64,000 nt of DNA, taken from contig JAJTYZ010000114.1 in the NCBI GenBank assembly GCA_021463515.1, positions 263 through 64,262 of the forward strand. Reading direction: 5' to 3'. Position numbers and translations under genes: made by a program. Source of the DNA: Chthoniobacterales bacterium. Its GTDB lineage: Bacteria > Verrucomicrobiota > Verrucomicrobiia > Chthoniobacterales > JACTMZ01. Position 1 is the stretch's first letter. Each line of letters starts with the position of its first letter. Shown here in pieces: positions 1 to 8,986 of this stretch. The notes beneath the pieces are model-generated. The model did no database searches and had not been told where the DNA came from. It was given only the letters and a program-made list of their open reading frames with translations.

Positions 1-710
1 CCAGCCAAACAAAGGGGAAGGCCGAGGAGTTTCGCTTCTTCCACCTCCGGCGAATTCCACACCCCGCTAAGATAAAGTGTAGTAGGAAGAGGCGCCCAAT
101 TTTGAGCGACGACCATGCACAAAACGGTCTGCACATCGAGTCGGCATGCACGCGATAAGACAGTATGCGGAAGAGCTTGAAAATAGACGGGGGCACCCTT
201 GGCATCCGTCATCGCCAAAATTACAAATCCGAGGGTGCGCCACAGATAGAGACTCTGCGCTTCCATACGAAGACACCGCGGCAACACCTCATAGCGTGTT
301 TCGGGTGCATCAACCTGAAGCCCTGCCGGGAGCGGCTCTTGGAGAATTAAAACCTGTACGAGTGAACGTTCTGCTTCCTGTCTTAGAATCCGAAAAGTCC
401 AGACTTCACCTCGACGAAGCAATGAATGACGTTCGCATTGCATACGTACAAGATCGGGCACAGACTTTTCATCCGTCGTCTCCAGCCAAAATAATTGGCA
501 AATGACCAACTGTGGCGGGAGGGCAACGAGAGTTACCTCGGCCGGCTTTGCAGTTGCAATGTCTCCCACACTCTCTACCGAGGAATCTGGTGCCAATTGT
601 GCATCACGAATCTCCCATGCTGCCTCACCAGGAATGAGCCAACGCCCCGCGGCTTCTTGTGCGGAATCAGACTTTCCGGAACGCAACTTGGCTGCTTTTG
701 CGTTCACCAT
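1..710 (-). CDS. Edge-truncated ORF directly downstream of gspK; possibly a GspL/PilM-like T2SS assembly protein
   Basis: Not in the supplied ORF track because it runs off the window. My hand translation of the minus strand from the ATG at 710..708 (MVNAKAAKLRSGKSDSAQEAAGRWLIPGEAAWEIRDAQLAPDSS...) stays open for about 236 codons to position 1. The ATG overlaps the gspK stop (ATGGTGA, 704..710). Function is guessed only from its operon position after gspK. Confidence 0.5.
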   Translation of the reverse strand, partial: MVNAKAAKLRSGKSDSAQEAAGRWLIPGEAAWEIRDAQLAPDSSVESVGDIATAKPAEVTLVALPPQLVICQLFWLETTDEKSVPDLVRMQCERHSLLRRGEVWTFRILRQEAERSLVQVLILQEPLPAGLQVDAPETRYEVLPRCLRMEAQSLYLWRTLGFVILAMTDAKGAPVYFQALPHTVLSRACRLDVQTVLCMVVAQNWAPLPTTLYLSGVWNSPEVEEAKLLGLPLCLA

Positions 711-1582
711 TCCCTCCACTCCAAGATAGATGACGTGATGCCGTCGGTTTGGCAGATGACTTCGATCGTATGCGCCACATTCGCAAATGTCCCCGTCGAG
801 CGGATGCGACGGATTTTTCCTCCGAGGCTCAGACGCTCTTGCATTGCTTCAAATTCTTTCTCGGTAAATCCCATCGTGCGGCGCACGGCATCTATATCCA
901 CAAATCCCGATGCTCCGCTTTGCACCGATTTCGCACCCACGTCACCAATTCCACACACCGCACGGATCACATCGGAAGCCGCTGCCGTAAGGTCCAAAGT
1001 TCCATCGCCATAGATAGTAAAATAGTCACGCCAATCGCCTTTGCGATTTGTGACTAATTCAAAATTCAAAACATGAGCCATTTCATCCACAGAACGAAAT
1101 GGACGGCCCGGCGGCGGCTGGCGTCCAGCGGCGCGGTATTGATCCGCTTTCGCACCATTGAGCCGTCGAGCGGTGCCGGGTTGCACATAGTCCAGCAGAC
1201 AATCGAGCACAGTATCCGCCTCCCCATCGCTTAGTCCCCAGATGCGAAATAAGGCATGTAGCGTCTCACGTTCTTCTCGCGCAAGTAGCCTATTCACATT
1301 GAGTTTTCCATTCTCACTAATTGCTCGAACTTCCAAAACTCCGCCCTCGGCGAAGGATTGCTTCTCCGTCTTCCCATTCACCGGAAAATCTACATTCCGA
1401 CCAAGGGTAATTCCGGAAAGTGCCAGCGAGGATGCCACCGCCACACGCTCCATTCCCGAGGCGTTTCCAATATCCACGTTGAGGAGTGTCAATAGCCCAA
1501 TGATCGAAAAGCTCATGATAAAAAGCGCCCACATCACCAACAGCAGCGCAAAACCCTTAGCGTTATTCCGAAATTGTTTCAT
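704..1582 (-). CDS. gspK: Type II secretion minor pseudopilin, GspK-like
   Basis: Track ORF 704..1714 trimmed to the internal ATG (MKQFRNNAKGFALLLVMWALFIMSF...), which makes an ATGA overlap with the upstream stop at 1579. It has a hydrophobic prepilin-like N-terminus, is about 290 aa, and sits last in the G-H-I-J-K order. Confidence 0.7.
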   Translation of the reverse strand: MKQFRNNAKGFALLLVMWALFIMSFSIIGLLTLLNVDIGNASGMERVAVASSLALSGITLGRNVDFPVNGKTEKQSFAEGGVLEVRAISENGKLNVNRLLAREERETLHALFRIWGLSDGEADTVLDCLLDYVQPGTARRLNGAKADQYRAAGRQPPPGRPFRSVDEMAHVLNFELVTNRKGDWRDYFTIYGDGTLDLTAAASDVIRAVCGIGDVGAKSVQSGASGFVDIDAVRRTMGFTEKEFEAMQERLSLGGKIRRIRSTGTFANVAHTIEVICQTDGITSSILEWREW

Positions 1583-2253
1583 GACGTCCCTCCCTTCACC
1601 GGCGGAATCCAAAATGAAGACGTCGCACTCCGCGTATCCTTCGCGTGCTCGTAGAGCATTGTTAGCTCGATAAGCGCGGGGCGCAGCTGAGGATTTTCCC
1701 AGCGCTCCTCCCATTTCTTCGCCTTACCATCGAAAAAACGGACGCTGAGTTCTTGAAAATCTGCAACCAATTCAAGCCATGGAATATCAGCTGCCGCATT
1801 CAGCACACGCTTTGCAGCAAATTCATCTTGTGGGAAATTGGAGGCAGGTTCGAATCGTTTGAGACAAATTCTCCAACGCCCGTCGGATGTGTCTCGACGC
1901 AAGGAAAGCAGCACAATCATGTCCTCGGATTCCGGAGCGGAACGGCATGCAAGAAAGCCCGGAGCATTTCGAAGGAGAAAAAGAAATTCCGGCACCTCCC
2001 CTTTCGTCACCGGCACCGCAACAAGGCGCGTTCGCGAGGGAAGATTACGAAAATTGCTCCGCAAAATATCGGTAATATTCGTCACCTCATCTTCTCGACT
2101 TGCCCGCGTATCAATGAGCAACACCGTTTTTAACGAAGTCTGCACCACCATAAAAATTCCACTGACAAGGATGACCAACACCCCGAGAGCCACCATAACT
2201 TCGATAAGCGTCAGTCCGCTCTGCGTATGACAAGAATGATTACGGTGCCGCAT
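1579..2253 (-). CDS. gspJ: Type II secretion minor pseudopilin, GspJ-like
   Basis: N-terminus QSGLTLIEVMVALGVLVILVSG matches the prepilin cleavage/methylation motif (G-x-T-L-I-E). ATG at 2253. Position in the operon supports the call. Confidence 0.7.
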   Translation of the reverse strand: MRHRNHSCHTQSGLTLIEVMVALGVLVILVSGIFMVVQTSLKTVLLIDTRASREDEVTNITDILRSNFRNLPSRTRLVAVPVTKGEVPEFLFLLRNAPGFLACRSAPESEDMIVLLSLRRDTSDGRWRICLKRFEPASNFPQDEFAAKRVLNAAADIPWLELVADFQELSVRFFDGKAKKWEERWENPQLRPALIELTMLYEHAKDTRSATSSFWIPPVKGGTS

Positions 2254-2614
2254 AACTCCAAAGAGTTCCCATCACGCGATTGCTGTGCAGCGTGTCATGC
2301 GCTGTGACAGTAATTTTGAAAATTCCGGAAAGCACTTTTCCCTCCGAGAGACGTACTTCTTGAGGCCGAATATCGCGGTGATAACTCACGTGAAAAACAT
2401 CCGGTACAATTTCCTCCGAAGATTCCTGAGGAGGTTCGGCTAAAGCTTCATCGAGCAGACTTTGGAGATTGAGCCGCGTGTTGGTAAAGCGCTGTTGCTC
2501 GTAATCCGCATTAAGACCAGCATTCAACGATTTCACCATCCACACCACCGCCACCGAAAAAATCGAGAGAGCCAAGACAACTTCCAAAAGCATAAACGCG
2601 TGATTCGATTTCAT
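2240..2614 (-). CDS. gspI: Type II secretion minor pseudopilin, GspI-like
   Basis: Trimmed to MKSNHAFMLLEVVLALSIFSVAVVW (ATGA overlap with the upstream stop at 2611). Prepilin-type N-terminus, about 124 aa. Confidence 0.65.
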   Translation of the reverse strand: MKSNHAFMLLEVVLALSIFSVAVVWMVKSLNAGLNADYEQQRFTNTRLNLQSLLDEALAEPPQESSEEIVPDVFHVSYHRDIRPQEVRLSEGKVLSGIFKITVTAHDTLHSNRVMGTLWSYAAP

Positions 2615-3126
2615 CGGATGAAAAAGGTTTCTTCCTGATCCCATCCCGTCACCGCACTGTACTTTTGCGCGAAGTAGGAATCGTCCTTGCGAAACATCAC
2701 GCGAATCGGCTCACAAAGCCCCGTGGGAGGGAAATACCACCGATGATTTCGAGGGCGATTCCATACCTCGTTGGGCCATGTCGCTAATTCAAACGAGACA
2801 TCCTCGGACATTTGAAAATCGGAAAGAACGTCGTTTGCCTTTCCGACATTAATGCGTTCAAGGCGGAAACCTTGAGGCTGCAAAATAATTTGGTAAGGCT
2901 TCTGCTCCGCAAGGGCATTGCATCGGGCCGTGATGGCCATGGCCTCTAACTGCCGTACTGGTGCTTTAAGTTTTTCCGCCAGCAATAAACCGGAAACCTC
3001 TGGAACGGCGGCTGCAACCAACAACGTGACGATGGATAGCACAATGACGATTTCCAAAATCGTGAAGGCGAGCATTTGCCCTCGCGCCGCAAATTCGCCA
3101 AAACATTTACAATCCCTCGTTTTCAT
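2611..3126 (-). CDS. gspH: Type II secretion minor pseudopilin, GspH-like
   Basis: MLAFTILEIVIVLSIVTLLVAAAVP prepilin-type hydrophobic segment. Sits immediately after gspG. ATG at 3126. Confidence 0.65.
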   Translation of the reverse strand: MKTRDCKCFGEFAARGQMLAFTILEIVIVLSIVTLLVAAAVPEVSGLLLAEKLKAPVRQLEAMAITARCNALAEQKPYQIILQPQGFRLERINVGKANDVLSDFQMSEDVSFELATWPNEVWNRPRNHRWYFPPTGLCEPIRVMFRKDDSYFAQKYSAVTGWDQEETFFIR

Positions 3127-3132
3127 CCCACA

Positions 3133-3558
3133 CTACCAATTGCCGATATTCTTATCGTCCGTCGTCTGATTCGGCCCCAGCGACCAAAGGTCAAAACTCT
3201 CGGGATTATGCTTTCCTGGGCGGAGGTATTGATACTCACCGCCCCAAGGGTCGAGCAGGGCCTCCGCTTTCAACAACTTGGACCAATTACGAGGTTTTGG
3301 AGGCACTGTGGGAGGATCCACTAAAGCTTTAAGACCTTGTGCTGTCGTGGGAAAATTCAGATTTTGCATCTGGTAAACCTTCAATTGCGTCGAAAGGTTT
3401 TCGATATCGCTGCGCACTCGCGTGCTTTTAGCGACTTCCAGATTTCCCACGAGGTAGTAAATGCCGGCGGACATCAAAACGACGATAATCGAGAGCACGA
3501 GCATGATTTCGACGAGCGTGTACGCCGCCGCCTTATGGAGTTGAGATGATTTTTTCAT
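3133..3558 (-). CDS. gspG: Type II secretion major pseudopilin GspG
   Basis: AAYTLVEIMLVLSIIVVLMSAG... followed by LLDPWGGEYQYLRPG...FDLWSLGPN, which is typical of GspG. 141 aa. Confidence 0.85.
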   Translation of the reverse strand: MKKSSQLHKAAAYTLVEIMLVLSIIVVLMSAGIYYLVGNLEVAKSTRVRSDIENLSTQLKVYQMQNLNFPTTAQGLKALVDPPTVPPKPRNWSKLLKAEALLDPWGGEYQYLRPGKHNPESFDLWSLGPNQTTDDKNIGNW

Positions 3559-3583
3559 GGTATGTATGGATTCAATAAAAGCG

Positions 3584-4834
3584 TCATTTCCCGCGAAGCC
3601 CTGAGACCGCTTGAAAAATTCCGCCCATCATGCAGTAGGCAACGACACCCACAACGCCGGCCATAACGACAATCACCGCAGGCTGAATCATGCTCGTGAG
3701 TGCTCCAATCGCAGCATTGAGTTCTTTGTCGTAACGTGCGCCCGTCTTTTCTAAGGCCTGGGGCAAATTGCCGGTTTGTTCCCCTACCACAATCATGTCT
3801 ATAAAAACCGAAGGGAACGATTTCGTTCGAGCCATCGCACGAGAAAGGGAAGCACCCTCACCGACATCGTTAGTCACGCGACTAATAAGGCCTCGCAAAA
3901 AAACATTCGGCGTCGCGGCATTGGTGAGTTTAAGAGCACCATAAAGGGCAATCCCATTGGACGTGAGTGTGGCGAGGGTTTGAGCAAATTGTGCCAGAAA
4001 TTTTGCACGGAAAATCGGCCCCACGAGCGGAACACGGAGCTGCACGCGATCCCACCAGACCCGTCCAGATTCGGTATTAAGCAACGCTCGAAATGCAAAG
4101 GCGAGTCCGACAATCACCAAGACAATCAGCCACCAATAAGTGCCCAAAAACTTACTCGCCGCAAGAAGCACCGCAGTTGCTAAGGGCATTTTATTTCCCG
4201 AAGTTCCAAGAAGCGTTCCAAGTTGTGGGACGAGATAGCTGACAAATAAAATGATCAACAGGAGGCCGGCAAATCCGATAAATGCGGGATAGACAAGGGC
4301 ACCCACCACTTTGCTTTTGAGGTCGGCAATGAGCTTTTGATAAGCCAGTGTCCGCTGAAGAATTGCATGAAGTGCCCCACCTTGTTCCCCTGCAGCCACA
4401 AGATTGCAGAACAACTCTCCGAAGCTTGCGGAAGCCTTACGTAGAGCCGTGGAAAAATTAACACCTTCCCGAACTTCACGGCGAAGATAGGCGGAGACAT
4501 CTTTAAGAGCCGAACCTTCTTGTCGGTTCTCCATAATCCGCAAGGCCTGTTCCAGTTGTAATCCCGCCTCGAGGAGATCGCTCAGTTCTTCGGTGAAAAA
4601 CATCACCTGCTTGGCACTTAGCCGGTAACCACCTTGAGGAAGTGAGGAATGCTGGAGGTTATCCGTGGACTGATTTTGCGCGTCGTGACGCGCTTGATCA
4701 CGAAGTTTAAGCCAGAGAGGCTGAAGTTGCTCCCGACTGAGTTTATCGCAAGCCTCCGACCGAGAGCGCGCTTCAATTTCTCCTCGCATACGATGCCCCC
4801 CGCGTTGAATGGCTTCGTAGGTATAAGCTGCCAT
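3584..4834 (-). CDS. gspF: Type II secretion inner-membrane platform protein GspF
   Basis: Trimmed to MAAYTYEAIQRGG (its ATG overlaps the gspE stop by 1 nt, TAATG at 4832..4836). Duplicated GspF/PilC-type domains with three TM segments. Confidence 0.85.
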   Translation of the reverse strand: MAAYTYEAIQRGGHRMRGEIEARSRSEACDKLSREQLQPLWLKLRDQARHDAQNQSTDNLQHSSLPQGGYRLSAKQVMFFTEELSDLLEAGLQLEQALRIMENRQEGSALKDVSAYLRREVREGVNFSTALRKASASFGELFCNLVAAGEQGGALHAILQRTLAYQKLIADLKSKVVGALVYPAFIGFAGLLLIILFVSYLVPQLGTLLGTSGNKMPLATAVLLAASKFLGTYWWLIVLVIVGLAFAFRALLNTESGRVWWDRVQLRVPLVGPIFRAKFLAQFAQTLATLTSNGIALYGALKLTNAATPNVFLRGLISRVTNDVGEGASLSRAMARTKSFPSVFIDMIVVGEQTGNLPQALEKTGARYDKELNAAIGALTSMIQPAVIVVMAGVVGVVAYCMMGGIFQAVSGLRGK

Positions 4835-6558
4835 TAGTGTCCGCCCTCCTCTGCGGTAACACGGAGAATTTCCTCCACCGTAGTGACGCCTTCCAGCACC
4901 CGATCCCATCCATTATCACGCAGAACTTGCATTCCTTCTTCGATGGCGACTGCCAACAAATCGGACTGCGAACTCCTCTTCGCAATCAACTCCTGCAGAC
5001 GCGGCGTAATCATGCAAATTTCAAAAATGGCGGCACGTCCCTGATAGCCCGTTTGACGGCAAGCATCGCAGCCCACAGCACGATAAATCACTCGATAGGG
5101 AGGCAAATGAAATCCCCGACGTTCAAGGTCCGCTACGGGATAATTCACTTCCATTTTACATTCTTCGCAGAGGCGTCGGACGAGTCGTTGTGCGATAAAC
5201 GCACGCACAGCCGTGGAAACCAAGAAAGGTTCAATGCCCATATCCACAAGGCGTGTGATGCCGCCAATCGCATCGTTTGTATGCAATGTGCTAAAAACGA
5301 GGTGTCCGGTAAGAGCGGCGCGAATGGCAATTTCACCCGTCTCTAAGTCGCGCATTTCGCCGATCATGACCACATTCGGATCCCCGCGCAAAATGGCCCG
5401 AAGACCACGTGCAAATGTAAGGTCAATCTCCGGGCGAACGGCAATTTGCAAAACTCCCGGAAGCTTATTTTCCACGGGGTCTTCAATGGTAACAATCCGT
5501 CGCGATTCCTTATTGAGTACCGTAAGAAACGTGTAAAGCGATGTAGACTTTCCGCTCCCTGTGGGTCCCGTGATGAGGACAATTCCATTGGGCATCGCCA
5601 ATAATTTATCCACGCGCTCGCGATTTTTTCCATCAATCCCCAGCCGTTCAAAAGTGAACTTTTGCTGTCCCAATAAACGCAGACTTACACTTTCGCCGGT
5701 CACGGTGGGAATGGTGGCGACACGAACGTCAATAGATTGCCCTTCAAACTCGAGAGCAATACGCCCATCCTGCGGTAATCGCCGTTCGGCGATGTCGAGA
5801 TGTGACATAATTTTTACCCGCGCAACGACCGCATCTTGAAGTTTCGCAATCTGTGCAGGTACAGGCACATTGTGCAACATGCCGTCTACGCGGTAGCGAA
5901 TTCTTAAGTCCTCATGAACCGGCTCAATATGAATATCCGTGGCTCGTTCGAGAAGAGCTTCACGCATAATTTGATTCACAAATTTGACGACCGATGCTTC
6001 GGAATCATCCTGCTCATCGAGGGCTTGAACCTCATCTTTGAGGTGATCGAGAATTTCTTCATCTTCGCGCCCTTCCAACAACTCTTCAAAAGTATCTGCT
6101 CCGATACCATAGCCTCTACGCAGTGCCTGTTGAATATCGCGACGTGTGTGCATTGCCAACTCGATGGGCTGTTGAAGCGTTTGAGCGAGGCATTGCTTGG
6201 CTAACAAATCAAACGGATCAAACGTGAGAATTTGGAGGTTTTGATCGCGTTCGCCGACGACGAGTAATTGATGACGAAGGGCGAGGCGAAGCGGCAATCG
6301 TTTTTGCAATTCGCTACCGGCAAGCGTTGGTTGTGATGGCCACCACGGGAATTGGGTGGCTTTCGCCACCTGTTGAAGGAACGTCCGTTCCTCGACATCT
6401 TTTTTCTCCAAGAGAGCCTGGATGGGTGAGCGTTGTTGCGACAGGGCATTATCAACCAGAGCCGCGACGGTAGACTCACCGGCACCGGCAGAAAGGGCAG
6501 CTTCAATCAAAATGGCACGGAGTGAAAGCATGGCTGGCAATGCCAATTTGAGGGGCAT
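4834..6558 (-). CDS. gspE: Type II secretion ATPase GspE
   Basis: Walker A GPTGSGKST, Asp/His boxes (GEMRDLETGEIAIRAALTGHLVFSTLHTND) and the tetracysteine motif CEECK...CDACRQTGYQGR. ATG at 6558; a second in-frame ATG (M10) lies at 6531. Confidence 0.9.
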   Translation of the reverse strand: MPLKLALPAMLSLRAILIEAALSAGAGESTVAALVDNALSQQRSPIQALLEKKDVEERTFLQQVAKATQFPWWPSQPTLAGSELQKRLPLRLALRHQLLVVGERDQNLQILTFDPFDLLAKQCLAQTLQQPIELAMHTRRDIQQALRRGYGIGADTFEELLEGREDEEILDHLKDEVQALDEQDDSEASVVKFVNQIMREALLERATDIHIEPVHEDLRIRYRVDGMLHNVPVPAQIAKLQDAVVARVKIMSHLDIAERRLPQDGRIALEFEGQSIDVRVATIPTVTGESVSLRLLGQQKFTFERLGIDGKNRERVDKLLAMPNGIVLITGPTGSGKSTSLYTFLTVLNKESRRIVTIEDPVENKLPGVLQIAVRPEIDLTFARGLRAILRGDPNVVMIGEMRDLETGEIAIRAALTGHLVFSTLHTNDAIGGITRLVDMGIEPFLVSTAVRAFIAQRLVRRLCEECKMEVNYPVADLERRGFHLPPYRVIYRAVGCDACRQTGYQGRAAIFEICMITPRLQELIAKRSSQSDLLAVAIEEGMQVLRDNGWDRVLEGVTTVEEILRVTAEEGGH

Positions 6559-6587
6559 TCCCTTCCGCGCTCAAAGCTACCGGGATA

Positions 6588-6617
6588 AGCGGTAGCTATC
6601 TACGTGATGAGCGGTCA
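6588..6617 (+). promoter_or_regulatory. Direct-repeat box A (AGCGGTAG-N10-GATGAGCGGTCA); candidate LytTR-type operator upstream of gspE
   Basis: Reads AGCGGTAGCTATCTACGTGATGAGCGGTCA on the + strand. The AGCGG half-sites start at 6588 and 6610, a 22-bp period. It overlaps the response-regulator stop codon (6615..6617). It lies 30 nt from the gspE ATG at 6558 and 57 nt from the ATG at 6531. The proximal half-site is also the right arm of an 8-bp inverted repeat (6575..6582 / 6590..6597). Confidence 0.55.
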
Positions 6618-7301
6618 ACTAAGAGCTTGCTTAAGACTTGGCCAATAACGGCGACTCACAAGAAGTGCTTTCCCGTTACCTAAAATCACTTCGCGGCGGC
6701 TCTCGGAAATCGCTCGAATTTCACGAATGGCAGCCAAGCGAATAATGGTGCTACGATGAATTTGCATAAATTCACAAGGCATCACTTCGAGCCATTCCTT
6801 GAGGGGACGAAGCATGAGCGTCGAAGTTCCATCTCCCAAAACTAATCGCGTATAATTTCCCTCCGATTCGATGGAATCCAGCAATGTCCACTCCACACGA
6901 CGCACGGCACCTCCGAGAAGTAAAAGCAAAGTTTGAGGCGGAACGTGAGCGGCATCCCCGTGGATGCGAGCAAGTGTGTTCGCAAGTCGAGCGGGCTCTA
7001 CGGGCTTAAGGAGATAATCAAGTGCATTAACCTCAAAGGCCCGAATGGCGTATTGATCATACGCGGTGACAAACACAATGGGCGGGAGAGGTTGTGGGGC
7101 TTGGGCTAAAAAATCAAATCCGCTTTCTCCACGCAGTTGGACATCCAAAAAAATAATATCCGGCACGCAACGCTGACACAAACGAACGGCTTCCTTGATA
7201 TTCGAGGCAGCATCTATGGTTCGCACTTCGGGATGCACTGACAACAAATGCCGCATTTCTTGCCGAGCGAGAGATTCGTCATCAATGATCAAACAGCGCA
7301 T
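6615..7301 (-). CDS. LytTR-family response regulator (REC + LytTR DNA-binding domain)
   Basis: MRCLIIDDESLARQEM...DIIFLDVQLRGESGFDFL...VFVTAYDQYAIRAFEVNALDYLLKP gives a canonical receiver domain. The C-terminal part (EGNYTRLVL...MQIHRSTIIRLAAIREI) is LytTR-like. It overlaps the kinase gene by 13 nt. Confidence 0.85.
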   Translation of the reverse strand: MRCLIIDDESLARQEMRHLLSVHPEVRTIDAASNIKEAVRLCQRCVPDIIFLDVQLRGESGFDFLAQAPQPLPPIVFVTAYDQYAIRAFEVNALDYLLKPVEPARLANTLARIHGDAAHVPPQTLLLLLGGAVRRVEWTLLDSIESEGNYTRLVLGDGTSTLMLRPLKEWLEVMPCEFMQIHRSTIIRLAAIREIRAISESRREVILGNGKALLVSRRYWPSLKQALS

Positions 7302-8824
7302 GTTGAATCATTGTAGGGAATCTCAATGAGGGCGCGAACCCAGTTTTGATCGATCTGAAACTTCAATGAGGCCTCTTTCCCGTACATGAGTTGAAGGCGA
7401 TGGCGGATATTGTCCACTCCGAGATGCCGTCGAGAAGGATCTGGCGTACGCCAGATACCGGTATTTGCCACCTCGATTTTCAAATGCTGTTTTTCGACAC
7501 GAACATCAATGTGAAGGTTCATAATCCCGCTATGGACGGCAAGGCTGTGAGTTATGGCATTTTCTATTAAAGGTTGCAGAAGAAAAATCGGTATTCGTTG
7601 TTCCTCCAATCCTTCAGCCACAGCAATGACAACTTTCAAATCCTCGGGAAAACGCTGTTGCTCGATCGCCAAATACTGCCGAGCCAAAGTCATCTCTTCC
7701 CCCACCGTCGAAAAATTATCCGCAGGATCGGACAGAGTTGCCCGCATGTAGCCTGCGAGTTCCGTAACCATTTTACGCGAGGTCTCATTTGAAGCAGGCA
7801 AGGTCGCCCGCAAAGAATTGAGAGCGTTAAAAAGAAAATGCGGATTCATTTGATACCGCAGAGCGTCCAATCGAGCACGCTCTTCTTTCAACGAGATAGC
7901 AAGTGCCCGAGCCTTAGCGTGGACGAAATAGCGTTGTGCTAATTGGCGTTCCGCAACGAGTGCGGCGACGAGGAGCCCCGTTGCTGCTAACACCCAACAA
8001 AAGGCCTGGGTAAACCAAATCGCCGCTGGAACATGTTCGGGCACCATGCGTGACGCATAAAAAACAAGTGCTGCATAAACAGAGCCCATCACCGCGGCTC
8101 CCGCTGCAGCAGCACCCTGCGGACCCAACTTGACAGCGACGAGAATGAAAACCGGAAACACCAAAAATACGAAATTTTTCCCCTGGTCTAAAAAGGCAGC
8201 ACCACACGTTAAAAATGTCATGGTACTCACCCCTGCCACCCAAAGAAGCAACTCTCCATAGACATTGGAAAACACGGAAGGTCTCCGAAGTAGGAGCAGT
8301 AAAAGCGGCGAAAGCAAAATGAGTGCCGTCCCATTGGAAAAACTCCAATTCCAGATTGCCATACCGAACTGACTGAAATCCATTTTTCGCTCTACGAACA
8401 ACCAAAACGGAACAACGATTGTCCCCGGAATCGGTGCTATAAAAGATGCTGCCATCAGGGCCAGCACGGAACGCGTATGATCAAATCCACGAGCTACGCG
8501 ACCTAATTTGCGAACGATCAAGTAGCCGACTAACGCCTCCAAAACATTCCCGGTTGCTCCCACAAATGAAAACACAAGAGGCTCACCAAAGACTAAGGCC
8601 ACGATCGGAGCGGACACCCAAATCCACGGGAAAAAGCGCCAACCCAACCAGAGCAATCCCACAAGATTGATAGCGGAAGCTGGCCAAAAAATGTGCTGCG
8701 CCCAAGCAGGCAAACTATACGGCCATAATTGATCCCCAAACCAAAAGGTAAAACATACCGTCCCCGCAGAAATCAGTCCAAAGCCCAGCCCCTGCACCCA
8801 TGGATGTTTCCAAAAAGAAATCAC
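7289..8824 (-). CDS. Sensor histidine kinase, LytS/YehU-type (MASE1-like membrane domain + His_kinase + HATPase)
   Basis: About 300 aa of polytopic Trp-rich N-terminal membrane domain resembling MASE1. This is followed by LRYQMNPHFLFNALNSL (a hallmark of the PF06580-type H-box) and an ATPase region (LLQPLIENAITHS). The only available start is GTG at 8824. Confidence 0.8.
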   Translation of the reverse strand: MISFWKHPWVQGLGFGLISAGTVCFTFWFGDQLWPYSLPAWAQHIFWPASAINLVGLLWLGWRFFPWIWVSAPIVALVFGEPLVFSFVGATGNVLEALVGYLIVRKLGRVARGFDHTRSVLALMAASFIAPIPGTIVVPFWLFVERKMDFSQFGMAIWNWSFSNGTALILLSPLLLLLLRRPSVFSNVYGELLLWVAGVSTMTFLTCGAAFLDQGKNFVFLVFPVFILVAVKLGPQGAAAAGAAVMGSVYAALVFYASRMVPEHVPAAIWFTQAFCWVLAATGLLVAALVAERQLAQRYFVHAKARALAISLKEERARLDALRYQMNPHFLFNALNSLRATLPASNETSRKMVTELAGYMRATLSDPADNFSTVGEEMTLARQYLAIEQQRFPEDLKVVIAVAEGLEEQRIPIFLLQPLIENAITHSLAVHSGIMNLHIDVRVEKQHLKIEVANTGIWRTPDPSRRHLGVDNIRHRLQLMYGKEASLKFQIDQNWVRALIEIPYNDSTCAV

Positions 8825-8986
8825 GGCTCACTCTTTTGATCTCCTCCACAGCATGGCAAGTTATTTCCTACGCGAAGACGCATAAGAAATGGATGCCGCA
8901 TTTTCCGTTCGTCCAATTTTGCCATGCCGTTCATCCCTGCCTCCTCGGACGCTGCGATGCAACCTGAGAGTAAGTCCCATTTCTCT

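Noticed and set aside
495-1013. Long antisense or alternative-frame ORFs inside well-supported genes. Examples: 495..1013 (+), 7914..8405 (-), 10490..10969 (-), 12855..13631 (+), 30587..31273 (+), 35241..35822 (-), 40047..40619 (+), 46919..47359 (-).
   Set aside because: Each lies entirely within a longer ORF on the other strand or frame that has clear family motifs. Their translations are Arg/Pro/Ser-rich, as expected for shadow ORFs in moderately GC-rich DNA.
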